Positions 26,563 to 40,999 of a stretch of DNA of 64,000 nucleotides are shown here, piece after piece. The notes beneath the pieces were generated by a model. The model did not search any database. It saw only the letters and a list, made by a program, of their open reading frames with translations, and was not told the DNA's origin. This stretch comes from Eledone cirrhosa (lineage: Eukaryota). The stretch covers positions 138,756,001-138,820,000 of the forward strand of contig OZ024741.1 in NCBI GenBank assembly GCA_964016885.1, written 5' to 3'. Numbering within the stretch: the first letter of the stretch is position 1; each line of letters begins with the position of its first letter. Position numbers and translations under genes: made by a program.

Positions 26563-26860
26563 TAAAATAACAGATTGAAGTTTAAGCAAAGGTTCGCTGC
26601 TTTCACCCTTAACGGATCTTTTGAAACTAAAAAAGTCAATCTGTAAACGCAGAAATGGGTATTTAAAAAAAACGTTGCAACCGGAGCAAGACAGGAAGAC
26701 GATAGTTTGGTTCGTGGAAACGTTTCCTGGCAAAGAACGGGAAAAAACGAATATAATACGTCATTAATAGGAGCGTTGAAAAACCATTACGCGAAAAGAC
26801 AGAACCACGTTTATGGTATCAAAGAAGTCGTAGACTAATGTTCACTTAAGTGGTTCATAG
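26555..26860 (-). repeat. Naiad pLTR copy (reverse complement of about 33340-33645)
   Basis: Shared TTCGTGGAAACGTT, AACGTTGCAACC and HHR-like block at 26578-26630. Confidence 0.75.
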
Positions 26861-27004
26861 AGACGTTCTTTTACTATATATATATATATATATACATATA
26901 TATGGGTCTTCCAATTTCATTTTACATTTGTTACATGACTGTGTATATTTTAATTATTTGAACATTATGTTTAAGCGAACGCGACCCGACGGTAACGGGT
27001 GATC

Positions 27005-27117
<113 letters not shown>

Positions 27118-27545
27118 ACCAAAGATTAATATGGTTCGTTGATTAATCAACAAATATAATTTAAAAATACACTACGGGCACTCGATATGAGATTTTCCTG
27201 GTGTATTTGATATTATTCTACGTCCTTTTCTTCTTTAAGTTTATCATATCATTTGTGGTATACAAACGTTGAGATTTGGTGAAATAAATCACTGCCAATA
27301 CTGGAATTGAATAATCAAAACCATAGCGGTATGTCACATATCAAATCTTATATTTTGTCTGATTAAAACGTACTTAAACCCCATTGTACCTTTGAACTAT
27401 GTATAATAAAATATATATTTTGATTATGAGAACATTTTTCATTTATTAACATTTTGAATAATATATATATATATACACATATATATATATGTCTGTGTGT
27501 GTATGTGTGTGTGTACAATATACATCTCTCTCTCTCTCTCTCTCT

Positions 27546-27593
<48 letters not shown>

Positions 27594-28559
27594 GTCTCTG
27601 TACATGTATATATATATATATATTTATATGTGTGTGTATGTGTTTGTGTGTAGTACATAGATGTGTGCCTATTCCTCCGTATTTTTTTCTCCGCACCATA
27701 GAATAATAGTATGATATTCAAGAAGCATTTGATGTACGCCAAATTTGGTGCCAGTTTTGCTGAATTGTAGTTAATTTAAGCAATTGAATTTTCATCAATA
27801 AAATTATTAACTTTCTCTAAGTATTTATTCAACTGCCAGCATGTATGGCAAACAATGCCAACAGGGAAATGGTCAGATGCCAGATGCCAGAGAGTTAAAA
27901 TTCTACATAATGGTGATATATAACATATGTCTATTTTGGTGATTAATTATATATGTATCTGACAAAGCAGCTGCTATGTTTGAAGAACTGTGTAAAGAAG
28001 AATGTTGAACATCTCCTAAAGCACCAATATATTCTTCTCCACCACCTCCATAACCACAGTCTTTAGCATTACTATCTGATCAGATCACGCCCTTCATCAC
28101 TATAACATATCTACCACAAATACAATCATCATTGTCATCTACAACAACATTGCTACCATGATCACTATCAACATCACCAATGACTACACCATCAATTTCA
28201 AAAGACAACTGTAACCATAATCCTCATCATCACCACATCTGCCATTAGCGCCAAAACAATACCATTACAACCATGAAGTCCACCAGAAAATCCAGTACCA
28301 TCATCCAACCCATCAACTACGACCCTGACGCTCCCATGACTTTCTTCAAAATAACTGCCACTAACCTCCATCAACAACACTAATGCTACGAATTGGACGA
28401 CTCTGATATGGCTGAAATGTTCAGAAGCTACACAAAAAGGTCAAGTGCAGCAGCAGGAGCAAGTACAACAACAACGACAAGAAATACTATAAAAACAACA
28501 TAAATATCAACAACACACATAAGCAAATCAGTACACCATATATATATTTTGGTGGTCAG

Positions 28560-28890
28560 TTAGGGTGATTGATTGGAGAAATCGTTAGGATACAGGAAAA
28601 ATGCTTTGTGGTGTATACATGCTATTTTCTACGTTCAGATTTCAATTCCTGTCATGGTCATCTTTTAGAAATAAGGCGGTGGATTATCGGGATAGATATA
28701 CCGTCGGACAGCATGCTTTGAAACATAGAAGTATGTCCCTTTGTATTCTGAGTTCAAATCCAGTCGAAGTTAGCTTTGCTGTCCATCGTTACAGGGTTGC
28801 TATGTAAAGCACCAGTAACTCACTGGGGTCAATTTAATCGACTTTCCCCTCCCCCGGATTGTTGTCCTTGTGCCTAAATCAGAAATCCTT
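28560..28890 (+). mobile_element. tRNA-derived SINE with Nin/Deu-like core, two partial units
   Basis: CTGAGTTCAAATCC..GAAGTTAGCTTTGC..CATC..GGGTTG..AAAGCACCAGT. Confidence 0.65.
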
Positions 28891-29551
28891 ATTTTGTCAG
28901 TCAGTGAGACACAAAACAGTTAATGATAGTTAAGTATATTCTTCACTTCAGTATATTAGATTTAGATAACATTACATCATTACTTGAACTAAATGATAGG
29001 GTAATTTTGTTAGAAAACCCACATCATTTAAAAATATATTGGTCAAAAGAGAAAACGATATTCCAAAGCAGAGACGAAATAAAAATAAATATTCATAGTA
29101 TTATGATTTCGTTGAACAGATTAAAAACGAAAGAAAAGTAATGTGTTTGAAGTAGATTTCATTTCATTGAATTACACGTATTAGTAACACATATCAACAC
29201 TTTTCCTAAATTAAGTTACGATTAATGTCTATTTACATATATTGTGTGTAGTAGGGTGTTGAGCTTCCATTTGTTGAAACGAAAAGCGTTGCAATTGTTT
29301 GATCAGCTGGGTCATGATATAGCTTGCTCGTGATGCTCCATCACCACTAACACTACTACCATCCCCAACAACTATGAAACCTATGAATATCAATGAGTTA
29401 CTATGTCACCTAGTGTTCCTGATTATTTCATACGTATGAAACAGCTCTAGTCCTATAGAAGCCGTTTCTATACTACTAATATATTGAGTACATCCTTAAC
29501 TGTGGTTACCCCCCCCCCCCCGACCGATTTAAATCAGGATCCACATATAAA

Positions 29552-29617
<66 letters not shown>

Positions 29618-30591
29618 ACTGATTTGTTTATCTGTGTAAGTAGAATGAAAGCTTATTGTGTCTAGAAAACTCACTAAAATGTTTCTCCAAACTTAATCGA
29701 CAGTGTAACTACTAATACAATGTACAGATATGTCAAGTCTTAGCTATGCATATGTATAACTATCTTCACCTTCCTGTTGTGAATTCACTTCGGTCGATGG
29801 GTCAGCCTGTCAATGTCTAACCTAAAATGTTCAGATGTGTAAGGTCATGCGCAATGTTAAAGCCAGGCTGTATCTCAACTGTCATGTTCGATACATTGCT
29901 GGCTTTTGATGACACTATTTTCCCATTGAATCAGGATAAAGTTCTTGAATATTCAACAATATATTCATTAATATATTTAAGATACTCAAATTTGTGAACA
30001 GAATATTTTATAAATGAAATCAGACTAGCCTATGTATTGTGAAATTTATTTGCAACTATATCGAGCTTGGTACCAACTCACTGACAAAGAATTTAAGGTA
30101 GTATTTTATGGCATAGCCAAACACAGGTAAAAGTATATGCCACGATACTGTACATGGTCGTTTAATGAAATTAATAAAACTAACACATATATTGCCCTAT
30201 GTCTTTAAGTTACATTGTCTACTATGTATCTTTCCGGAACCTTTTATTAGCTGCCGAGCAGCCATAACTCGGTATAATATCACATGCCACTGTTATGCCC
30301 GGAATTACATTTTCGAAAAGTTGGTTGAAGAAGAATTCTGTGCATTTGTTCGTTTCTATCATGTTGCTCATGTTATCCGTTTGCAAAATTGTTCTCTCTC
30401 TCTCTCTACACACACACACACTCACACAAATATATACATATATATATATACACTCGGAAATATGTATATCTATATACATACGTATGCGTGTGTGTGTCGG
30501 TATGTTTGTATGTGTGTGAGTATGTGAGTGTATGTGCGTATATGCGTGTTTGTGTGTTTCTGTGCGTATATAAGTGTCCGTGCGAGTTTTC

Positions 30592-30691
<100 letters not shown>

Positions 30692-31186
30692 CGCTTGTGA
30701 GTGTGCTTTTAATATTCTTTTTACTTTTATTATATTTATTATATTCTGAGACTTGATTAGATTTCAACTTTTTTCCGATCTGAAATCCTGTACAAGGCAA
30801 CTATGAAAAAATGACATTAAAGCTCTAGATTACTAGATTCACCACACATTGAACCTTCTATTAAATTCCAATTAATAGGATGTACGTGCCTTGAAGAAGA
30901 ATTAACTCTTTTACAAAACATTCTGCTCAGCGATCACAAAGCCAAATTCCCATCAATAGGGCCCAATTGTGTTAGCGTCATATTTAAGTTAATTTTCAGT
31001 GAAAATATTCAATATTAAAATCTTTATAATTCATGAAAAATATCCAAACAGTTCTGTTATGTGCTGGACATTTCGCAATATTGGTCAGTTAAAAAGGCAG
31101 TATGTATATGTTCAACATACCGAGAACAATTGTTCTCGGTATTGTGAACTAACTGTTGTGTAACCACTTCTACCTAACTCGTCCCA

Positions 31187-31333
31187 TGGACTGAATGCTC
31201 TACCACTACGGATATTAGCTTCCAGTGTTCTACCACTATATATATATATATATAGGTATATATATATATATACAGATATATATATAGTGGTAGAACACTG
31301 GAAGGTAATATCCCTAGTGGTAGAGCATTCAGT

Positions 31334-31337
<4 letters not shown>
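31187..31337. repeat. Inverted repeat around a TA-rich spacer; family also at 15680-15740
   Basis: ATGGACTGAATGCTCTACCACTA..TTCCAGTGTTCTACCACTA mirrors TAGTGGTAGAACACTGGAA..TAGTGGTAGAGCATTCAGTCCAT; palindrome ATACCGAGAACAATTGTTCTCGGTAT at about 31117-31142. Confidence 0.8.
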
Positions 31338-31368
<31 letters not shown>

Positions 31369-31574
31369 TTTGATGGATGAGAGAAAGGAGTACTCAATAC
31401 TGAAGTAGAATTGTAATATACATTACTATTAAAGCTAAAATGGGTGATTTTCTACGCTGCAGTTATGCTTGCATATCAGAAATAATCAGATGACACTGAT
31501 AAACATACGACACTCGAAGTTAACTCTACTCACTTTGAAGACTTGCTAATAATTGTTTATACTATTGGCACATG

Positions 31575-31670
31575 CCAGCAATTAACTAGTACATAACTGG
31601 TACTTTATTTTATCGACCCAGTAAGGATGAAAGGCAAAGTTAACCTCGGCGGGATTTGAACTCAGAATGG
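31575..31670 (-). mobile_element. Nin/Deu-core SINE fragment
   Basis: ACTGGTACTTTATTTTATCGACCC..AAGGATGAAAGGCAAAGTTAACCTCGGCGGGATTTGAACTCAG. Confidence 0.8.
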
Positions 31671-31753
31671 CATGGCGTCCGACCCTCTACCGATACCGCC
31701 AATCCAGCACCCTACATGCTAATAATGAATATATGTGTGTGTGTGTGTGTTTG

Positions 31754-31801
<48 letters not shown>

Positions 31802-31869
31802 TCTCTCTCGCTATCTCTCTTTCTCTTTCTCTCTCTCTCTCTCTTTCTCTTTCTCTCTCTCTCTCTTTC

Positions 31870-33690
31870 AACGACCATTCCACATATTACAATGAAGCAC
31901 TTGCTCGGAGTGGATTTGTCGATAAGGTAGCTTATACAGAGTACGAGAATAGACATAGAAGAAATAGATCCCGACGCATTATATGGTATAACCCACCATA
32001 TAATATGGCGGTGGCCACACTATTAGCTAAGATATTTCTATCCCTTATTACGAAGCATTTCCCCCTACACATAAATATAGTAAATTTTTTAATAGAAATA
32101 CTATTAAAATTTCTTACTCTACGACTCCTAACCTTGCACATAACATCACCGCTTCAAATTTAGCTAAACTACCTAGCCGTAGGAACACGTGCAACCCTGT
32201 AGTTAGTACTAACTGTAATTGTAGGAACCGGGTTGATTGCCCCCTATCCGGGAAATGCCTCTCTAGTAACATTATCTACAAATGTAAGGTCGAAACACCC
32301 ACGTCCCGTAGGGCCTACACAGTGTTAACCGCCAATAGATTCAAGCAGCGTCTTTACATGCATACCCATTCTTTTCGTTACACTCTAAGAAGGAATATGA
32401 CGTCACTTTCAGCTTATATCTGGAGTCTAAAAGACAACCACACCCAATATACGTTACACTGGGAGATCCTAGCTAGGGCTAGATCGTATAACGGAAATAA
32501 AAGACCATGTGACCTCTGCGCCGCTGAGGTCCTGGAAATAGTCTACGCCATAGAACACATCTGAAACAAAAATTCTGAGGCAATTTCGGCTTGTAAACAT
32601 AAATTGCACAAATCTTTCCTGTATTACAGCCCCACATTACACCCTAACGGATAGTACGGTCTATACACGGATATTTTACGTCTCGATGTGGTAGCTAAGT
32701 ATATGTTATGTTTATACCATTACTTATTTGCATAGGTAAGAATAAATTGCCTGTATGTTTTGTGAAGGTACGTATACTTTCTCGTACGTATATTTGATTG
32801 TATATGTTATGGCGTATATTTTTATATATTCTGGTACATATGCTTTTGGTTATGTGTATACGTCGGTTTTGCGTCTGTGTGAGTATGCGGGTTCGTACGT
32901 ATGTAGAGTGTGTGTATATGTGTACTTCGTGTTTTGGTTTACATAGTCTCCGAACATATGTGTATTTACATGTAGGTATGTATGTGCGCTTGTTATATAC
33001 GTATTTATTTATTTATATACGTTTATTTAGTTATTTGTATACACGCACACACACATATTTTTATGTGCGTGTATTTGTATACTTATGGCGAGTGTTTTCG
33101 CGTATGCTTGTGTATGTATGTATATGGTTGCGTGTATGTATTTATTTAATTTCTGTTACCTCTCTGTTTTATTTACTTTATTCTTAACTCTGATGCCGAG
33201 AAGCATTCGGTTTCCTAGTTAGAAATTTAGTCTACGGCTTCAGTTATACCTTTTACGTGGTTTTGCCTTTGCGTGTAATTGTTCTCCACGCTCCGCATAT
33301 GACGTATTATCTTCGTCTTTTCCGTTCATTGCCAGAGCACGTCTCTATGGACCAGCTAAGAATATTAGTCTACGACTTCTTTTATACCATAAACGTGGTT
33401 TTGTCTTTGCGTGTAATTGTTTTTCAGCGCTTCATATACTGGCGTATTATATTCGTTTTTTTCGCGTTCTTTGCCAGGGAACGTTTCCACGAACCAAAGT
33501 ATCGTCTTCTTGTCTTCCTCAGGTTGCAACGTTGTTTTGAAATATTCATTTCTGCGCTCACATATTGACTTTGTTAGTTTCAGAAGATCCCGTTAAGGGT
33601 GAAAGCACCGATTCTTTGCTTAAACTTTAATCTGTTATTTTAATATTTTAATAGTAATAATAATAAATATGAAGAGTAAAATCCAATATA
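31870..33690 (+). mobile_element. 5'-truncated Naiad-type PLE with 3' UTR and pLTR
   Basis: YYNEALARSGF..RRIIWYNPPY..KHFP, NCNCRNRVDCPLSGKC, FKQRLYMHTHSFR..LSAYIWSLKD..CDLCAAE..SACKH; HHR at 33576-33626. Confidence 0.88.
33576..33626 (+). ncRNA. Hammerhead-like motif with CAGAAGA core
   Basis: AGTTT-CAGAAGA-TCCC GTTAA GGGT-GAAA-GCA CCGATTCTT TGC-TT-AAACT. Confidence 0.65.
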
Positions 33691-33871
33691 TATATATATG
33701 TATATATGTAGAAGTTATATTTAATTTGTTGGGATAAAACAAGCAAATATTTGTATAACTGATATAAAGAAATCAACAAATTTTTGGAATAAAAATACAA
33801 TTTATTAACAAATAGAAACTATATTTATAAATATGGTTTTATAAATATAGTTTCCATTTGTTAATATATTG

Positions 33872-33902
<31 letters not shown>

Positions 33903-34010
33903 TAATATATATATACATATATATATATATAAATATATAATTTTGATTTGTGTATATATCATTGTAGTCATGGAATTTTTATTCTTGTAACTTTCTTTTC
34001 AGGTAAGCCC

Positions 34011-34065
34011 TGTCTGATGAGGTCGTAACTGCTACATGACCACTACCATCGAAATACTAATAACA
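34011..34065 (+). ncRNA. Hammerhead ribozyme motif
   Basis: TGT-CTGATGA-GGTCGT..ATGACC..ATC-GAAA-TACTAA-TA-ACA. Confidence 0.6.
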
Positions 34066-34169
34066 CCGAGTCTGTAACAAACAAATGAGGTAAATTCCAA
34101 CCTAATGACTCCCACTTCATAGATGTCTATCTATCTATCTAACTATCAATCTATCTTTCTTTCTCTCTG

Positions 34170-34218
<49 letters not shown>

Positions 34219-34231
34219 GTTATATATATAT

Positions 34232-34580
34232 ATAGCTTTCACCGTATTTTTTTTTACTAAAGAAATATTAGTCTGATAATGGGGTTTAGAACCCTCAGAT
34301 AAATGGAAAAGGATGAGTATTGACGTACATGGGAGTTGAAGCCACATCTTTGGTTGTCCAGACCACTGTGCTACCATTACACCCACACATCACATTACAC
34401 CAACACATCACATGGGTGATGTTTTGGAGTAATGGTAGCACAGTGGTCTGGATAACCAAAGATGTGGGTTCGTCTCCCATTATCAGACTAAAATGTCTCT
34501 AGTAAAAAAAAAATACGGTGAAAGCTATTCTATTTTCTAATTTCAAACCTGCTCACTGTTTCAAAACATACTTACTTGTC
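34232..34580. mobile_element. Fold-back repeat with two inverted tRNA-like modules
   Basis: 34232-34283 is inverted to 34476-34527; 34328-34380 is inverted to 34428-34480; 34500-34578 matches 15498-15570. Confidence 0.75.
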
Positions 34581-34630
34581 ATATATATATATATATATAC
34601 ACACACACAAATATATATATTATATATAGG

Positions 34631-34844
<214 letters not shown>

Positions 34845-35799
34845 CATTTGTTTAGGATTTAAAGATAATTATTAAGCACGCATCATTTACTGTTATTCCA
34901 AAGATTGAATGTTCTTATTCAATCAATGAAGATTTATTGTATATTAGGGATTCCTATAATCAAACATTCGCAGGGTATATAACGTGATAAAAATATGTTT
35001 TCTAAGCAATGACTTATAATATTCTACATTGACGCAATACATAACACACCAGTCTTCTCTCTTAAACCCAATGTTTTATTCAATATTCGAGGTGAAGACA
35101 AAAACTAAACCCATCTGAGGTTTATTCTTTCACACTTTTTGAAATATAGCTTCCCAAAGTGATTTATAATGCGTATGTGAATTGTAGCAGCGAGTTCAGA
35201 GACTATTTGACGATTTGTTTTCTCAGTTTATGAGCATTTTCATTCCAACATCATTAGAAATATGAATATACTGAGAATGGATATCATCTACAATAATTAC
35301 CAGCAATGAATTTGTGTAAAACACTATTCCCCAAATTGTTCACACCGTTTCCCTTCATAATTAGTTTCATGATTTCATATTCTTTTATCATTCTTAAATT
35401 CTCAGAATACCTGAAATATAGTCAAATGAATTCAAACATTTGTAACAGACTTCACGGTGATTATATCTGTTGCATTACAATGTGTGATATTCTTTTCAGT
35501 TTGTTGACATTGTAAATACAAGTGATAAATATTTACCTTTCGGCTGTTTAAACTATACTGAAAATCCACTGCATTTTATGAAGGAATAATCAGGGAAATT
35601 GCTTCGATTTCTCCTGGATATACACATCTGTGTGATAATAGCTAACATCGTTTAAAACAAATTTAATTTTAATTGATTGTGTGGTATTGCTAATTACACA
35701 TGATTAAAATTTCTACAACGAAAAAAATGTTTGGGTATTGGTAGTAAAATAACTGAGTGAAGAAAAAAGACATATTGTAGCAGTTAATACATTCGGATA

Positions 35800-35910
35800 G
35801 CTGCCGATGTGCGTGTGGTTAAGGAGTTCATTCGGAAAACTCATGGTCCTGTCTTCATCCAGCTGCGAGGAACATTGGGAATGTGTGCCATCTACTATAG
35901 CCTCAGTGGG
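35800..35910 (+). mobile_element. Decayed tRNA-SINE head
   Basis: GTGTGGTTAAGGAGTTC...CTACTATAGCCTC resembles a mollusc tRNA-SINE head and core. Confidence 0.4.
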
Positions 35911-35943
35911 TGGTATCATTTCAACGGGATCTGAAGAAAGTGG

Positions 35944-36013
<70 letters not shown>

Positions 36014-36775
36014 TATTTATTACATGAACATGTAGTGAGCCTTTTTACTCTGGAGATTCACATACTGATACACACAATCTATGTGTGCGCAGATGAAACA
36101 CCAATGCATATTTAAACTCTACTTCGGTATTGAGTACTTTCTTGTCTCAACTACATACATATATATATATATATTGGCATACTTTCAGAGGGTCATGTTA
36201 CCAATAATAAATATACGACTTGAGTTTTGCTTACGTGTATAGTTATTTGAATAATTAATTCCTTTAGTAGCCGGGTGGTTGTTTAATTTTGATAGTCAAA
36301 TCTATTTCACCACACAACCTGTCACATTTCTAAATACTAATCTGGCTGTTCTGTGATTTTGTTCTACCTCCCACAATATATGTCCCAACATATAACTTCC
36401 CATCATGTATTTTGCAACGTAATACAAACTCGTAATATATTTATACATACTCACGGACCCAACAAATGTGCATATACAAATTTATAGAAGCATCTACAAC
36501 ATACACATACACACGCACTCCCCACCCTCTCTCTCTCGCACAAAAACACACACTCACGCACAGATTAAAGTTATATAATCTATATTTATATTATCCTTAA
36601 CGAGCCCTCTTCGGATTTTAGTCTTCACATTATTACTTTATATATATATAAGGAAAAGAAATCGAAAATGCAACTGGAGTCTTTTTAAGAATATTTATTT
36701 GTTTCCTTTACCGGTTTCACAGTTCTTATGTTTTTCAAAAGTAGAATTGAGTTGGAGGGTTTCTGGCTTTTCTCG

Positions 36776-36810
<35 letters not shown>

Positions 36811-37485
36811 GTGTGTTTGTGTGTGTGTGTGTGTGTGTAGGTGGTTGCGAGAATATGTATATCTACTAATACACGTATATAAGTAGATATACACACGTAT
36901 CTACTTATACACTTATACACGTATGTATATATATATATATGTGCATGTTTGTCAGCAAATGTGCGTGTCTGAATGAAAGCGTATTCAATAATACACTATG
37001 TATGTGTGTTTATGTGTATAATATTTATACTATGCTTGTATATGTGTGAATGTGTATGCATATATCTTTTTAAATTTGGAGTGTTATATTTGTTGTTTAT
37101 GAATGCGTTTGTGGTTGTTTTTCTGTTTACTTACGTGTGTAGGTGTAAGTGCATGAGCGTGTCTATATGAATTCGTCTGAGTATTTATTTGTCAGTGTCA
37201 TTTATAGGATACTGAACGGAAAAACCTTGCCAAGACATCATAATCAAAAATCCCAAAACAGAAGCAGCAACAATTACAACAATAGCAACATTAACAACGA
37301 CAAAATCAACATCATTTTCAACAACAGCAGCTACAACAAAAACATCAGCGAAACATCTCCATGAGTAGTAATAGTGGCTTGCTCAACATAGAGTAATAAC
37401 TCATATGAATGGTCATAAACTACGCAACATCCCTTGCCAATTTCTATATTTATGCCAAAAAGAAAAAAATGAACAGCAGCAGTTT

Positions 37486-37536
<51 letters not shown>

Positions 37537-37578
37537 AAGTAGTAGTAGTAGTAGTCATAGCATCGCCTACAGCAACAA

Positions 37579-37657
<79 letters not shown>
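37486..37657. repeat. (TAG)n followed by its reverse complement (CTA)n
   Basis: 37486-37555 (AGT)n and 37580-37657 (ACT)n with a spacer of about 25 bp. Confidence 0.92.
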
Positions 37658-37658
<1 letters not shown>

Positions 37659-38170
37659 CTGCAATATCACCATCAAACATGATATTTAATCCCTACACAT
37701 AATTCCTTGACATAAGAAAAGGAAATGTTATGTCTACATATATATCGTGGTACACAATGAATGTGAGTTTACATCGAATTTAGAATTCGATATATAAAAT
37801 TAATCATCGTGCATAGATGTTTCGAAACCTCTGTAAAGTAGAAGGTTGTGCATTTCTGTAAAATTGCGACAACTACAAAGTTCGAATCCTAGTGAAGAAC
37901 ATTTTAATTTGTTTATGAATAGTTGATAATTGCTATGAAGTCCATTTGATGAGGTATGACACACCAGATCATAGATAGCGGATGTTTTTAGAGTACAGTG
38001 CATGCCATATTTATTGGGGAACGTTATGAGGTTTTCTTTTCTATTATAAGTTGAGCCAACATATGCAGTTTCATATGCAAATGAGATTAATCACCTCATT
38101 TACACAGACGATAAAACTATATATTCTCGGCTGTTTTCAAGTCCAGCAGTCGCAGAGCAGTGGGAGAGCT

Positions 38171-38210
38171 CGTCTTGACGATGGCCAGTCAAGCCTGAAA
38201 TGCATAGACG
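38171..38210 (+). ncRNA. Minimal hammerhead ribozyme motif (TTGACGA core)
   Basis: CGTC-TTGACGA-T-GGC CAGTCAA GCC-T-GAAA-TGCA-TA-GACG. Confidence 0.7.
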
Positions 38211-38363
38211 GTTGTCCCCCTTGCCTCTGCTGGACAACACAAGAAGGCGTTAGTCCCCCAGTGTTCGCATAGTTACGGCTTCCTAAAATCGTATTTCTTT
38301 TGAAATACGAAATTTCTATACATATTGTATAGAGCTATGCTTGAAGCGTAATCCTATTTCTTT

Positions 38364-38417
<54 letters not shown>

Positions 38418-38419
38418 CG

Positions 38420-40022
38420 AAGGAGTTGGGGTAAGTAACCAGATGGATCATAACGCACCAGAGTACTCAATACTTAGGGTAGTAGAGTAGGTAATAAGAG
38501 AAAGTATGACTGCGAGGGCAGAGCTGAAGCCGTTTCGACGGCTTTTTCTGGACTAAAGTAAGAGTTTTTTTAGTCTGGTAAATAAATAGCCGAACTTTTC
38601 AAGGGGTACTTCTTTATATGGGAAGATTGTAGTTGTCAAGAGGATTGGGCATAATTTGTAGCAGACACAGAAAAGTCTATTGTGGCAGTGGGTGCGGGGT
38701 GGGGGTGGTTGAACTTGCCTGTAGAACAATAGGGGAGTGGGTAGACCTGGTCAAGCGTTGAAGGTGAAATCTACACGGCAATTTCTAAGGAATGTGTATG
38801 AAAGTAGGCTAGATGAGGTAGGCGAAAAAGGTTTCTTTGGAAAAAAGGAGGAGGGACGTTATAGAATTGGTAAATTAAATGTTATTAGGGGACAATGAAA
38901 AAATATAATAAAAAATGAGAGAAAGATATATCAGAATGTAAAATTGAAAAGTGAGAAATGAAATAAAACAAAAACTAAGGAATCTAACACAGCTGCTATA
39001 TTTAGTTGGTTCTGCTTTTTAGGCCAATGTTATAGACTGAGTTGCTAGATGAGAATTATTGAAAATTTAGAATTGGGTATTAAAAATTAATACCACATCT
39101 CTCGGGCCTAACACAGCTGCTATGAATAGTTAGTATAGCGTAATCGGCCAATGCTATCTATAAGTTACTGGGGTGGGGGTACTGACGCTAAAGAGGCCGG
39201 ATGGGCTGCCTCGGGGTAGGCTGAAGGGGGAAAAAACAAAGAGACGAACGAGGAAGAAGATCGGAGGTGGAAAGAAGTGATAGGAGGAGACAAAGGGAAG
39301 AAGAAAACATAGAGGAAAAGAAAGGAGGTACATCTACCTATATAAGTTGGGGTTTTTCCTATCTTATTCGGCAAGTGGGGTGTTTCAGCCCTTGTCTACC
39401 CATTCGGATCATTAGGGGGTTTGAGGGTGAGGTAAGTCTTCCGAAATATGTGTTTGCATGCAGTTACCAGTTCGTCTTTTTTGTTTAGGAGTTGATCCTT
39501 CGTAAACGGCATTTGTAATGTTTCCTCCGAGTATAAGTTACACGGACGGCGTCCTCCTGTGTAAGAGTTAGCTCTTGACAGTAAGCTCCAAGTAAGATGG
39601 TAAGTTATATTATTATCTTGGAGGTCCTAGATATGGCCCGAATGTGTGGTGGCATGTCGCCGGACCGGGTTCCGGAACGTATGTCGGTGTTGGTAGAGCC
39701 GGGTCTTAAAGTTACAAGCGGTTAATCCTATATAAGCTTGGTTGGAGGTGTCCGTCCTCACGTTGCACAGGTAGAGCACGTTACGTTCTCGGCATCTGTT
39801 GTGTGTGTGTGGGGGGGGGGGGGGGCACGTAGATCTATCAGGGCAATTACACCTCCTGGTCGGCTCTCCACTAATTTCTAGGTTGTTTCTTCCATAGGGG
39901 TTGAGTTTTTTGTTGTTTGAGGAGACGATGGTTTGTGCGAAGTTAGGTGTGGTGCTGTAGGATAGCTTGATAATGTTTTTGTTGATTATGCTGTGGTAGC
40001 GGTGTTGTGGTGGAAAGTGTTT
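38420..40022 (-). mobile_element. 5'-truncated Naiad-type PLE
   Basis: Minus strand HFPPQHRYHSIINKNIIKLSYSTTPNF (39930-40020) and LLNKKDELVTACKH (39450-39492); pLTR at 38425-38600. Confidence 0.8.
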
Positions 40023-40199
40023 TTCTTACATTGCCGTTTGCAGTTGCAGAATATTGCCTCACATTTACTTTTCGGCCCACAGGAATAAAATCAACGTGTT
40101 CAATATATGAAATAGTTATAGAGTGGAATATTTTAAAGACCAGTTTCGCTATACATTTTGAAAGAGGTGCTTGACATGTAATCTATAAATCAGTCCATG

Positions 40200-40425
<226 letters not shown>

Positions 40426-40434
40426 ATATATATA

Positions 40435-40934
40435 CACAGTTCAAGAGTAACCAATCTTAAAGAGAGAGATGGAGATAGGAGAGGAGATAGGAGAGGAGAG
40501 ATTGGTGAATTAGTTAGCAGCCAAAGCGTAAAGGCATGTGCTCAATGTGAAATATGCAATAGAAAGCAGATGAATACTGCTTGATTATGGCTGACAACTG
40601 ATACAACCAGGACACCATAGTGAAACACCAATATATGGAACACTACACTATGTAACATTCTCTCCTTATTTTAATTTATATTTCTTTGAAGTTCCGATGA
40701 GCCGCTCTGTTTTTAAATATGTTAATTATTTTCAACTGAACCAGATCAATAATGATATATAGTCATCTGATCCAGAAATATTATATGGAGTAGTTAAACA
40801 ATTGTAAACGGACATTATTATTATTAATATTATTATTATTATTCTCTACATTCCTTACATCAAACTAAAATATGCTGACAATCTTTTAATAATGTCTTTC
40901 TTATGAAATTTGTGGCCTTGTTTTGCTTAACTAA

Positions 40935-40940
<6 letters not shown>
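40435..40940 (+). mobile_element. Non-coding PLE pLTR module with HHR motif at 40691-40809
   Basis: GTT-CCGATGA-GCCGCTCTG...ATGGAGTAGT-TAAA-CAATTG-TA-AAC; ends match 6258-6492 in opposite orientations; (TA)n on both sides. Confidence 0.65.
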
Positions 40941-40979
<39 letters not shown>

Positions 40980-40999
40980 GGTGTGGGATGCTGAAAGCG

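Noticed and set aside
28060-28520. Mucin-like Thr/His-rich coding exon
   Set aside because: Decayed (CAT/CAC/CAA)n low-complexity sequence with stops; no splice or ORF support
36706-36741. Minus-strand HHR-like motif CTT-TTGAAAA-ACA..TGT-GAAA-CCGG-TA-AAG (similar half at 7655-7695)
   Set aside because: Two core substitutions and only 3-bp stems; used only as supporting evidence for palindromic stem III
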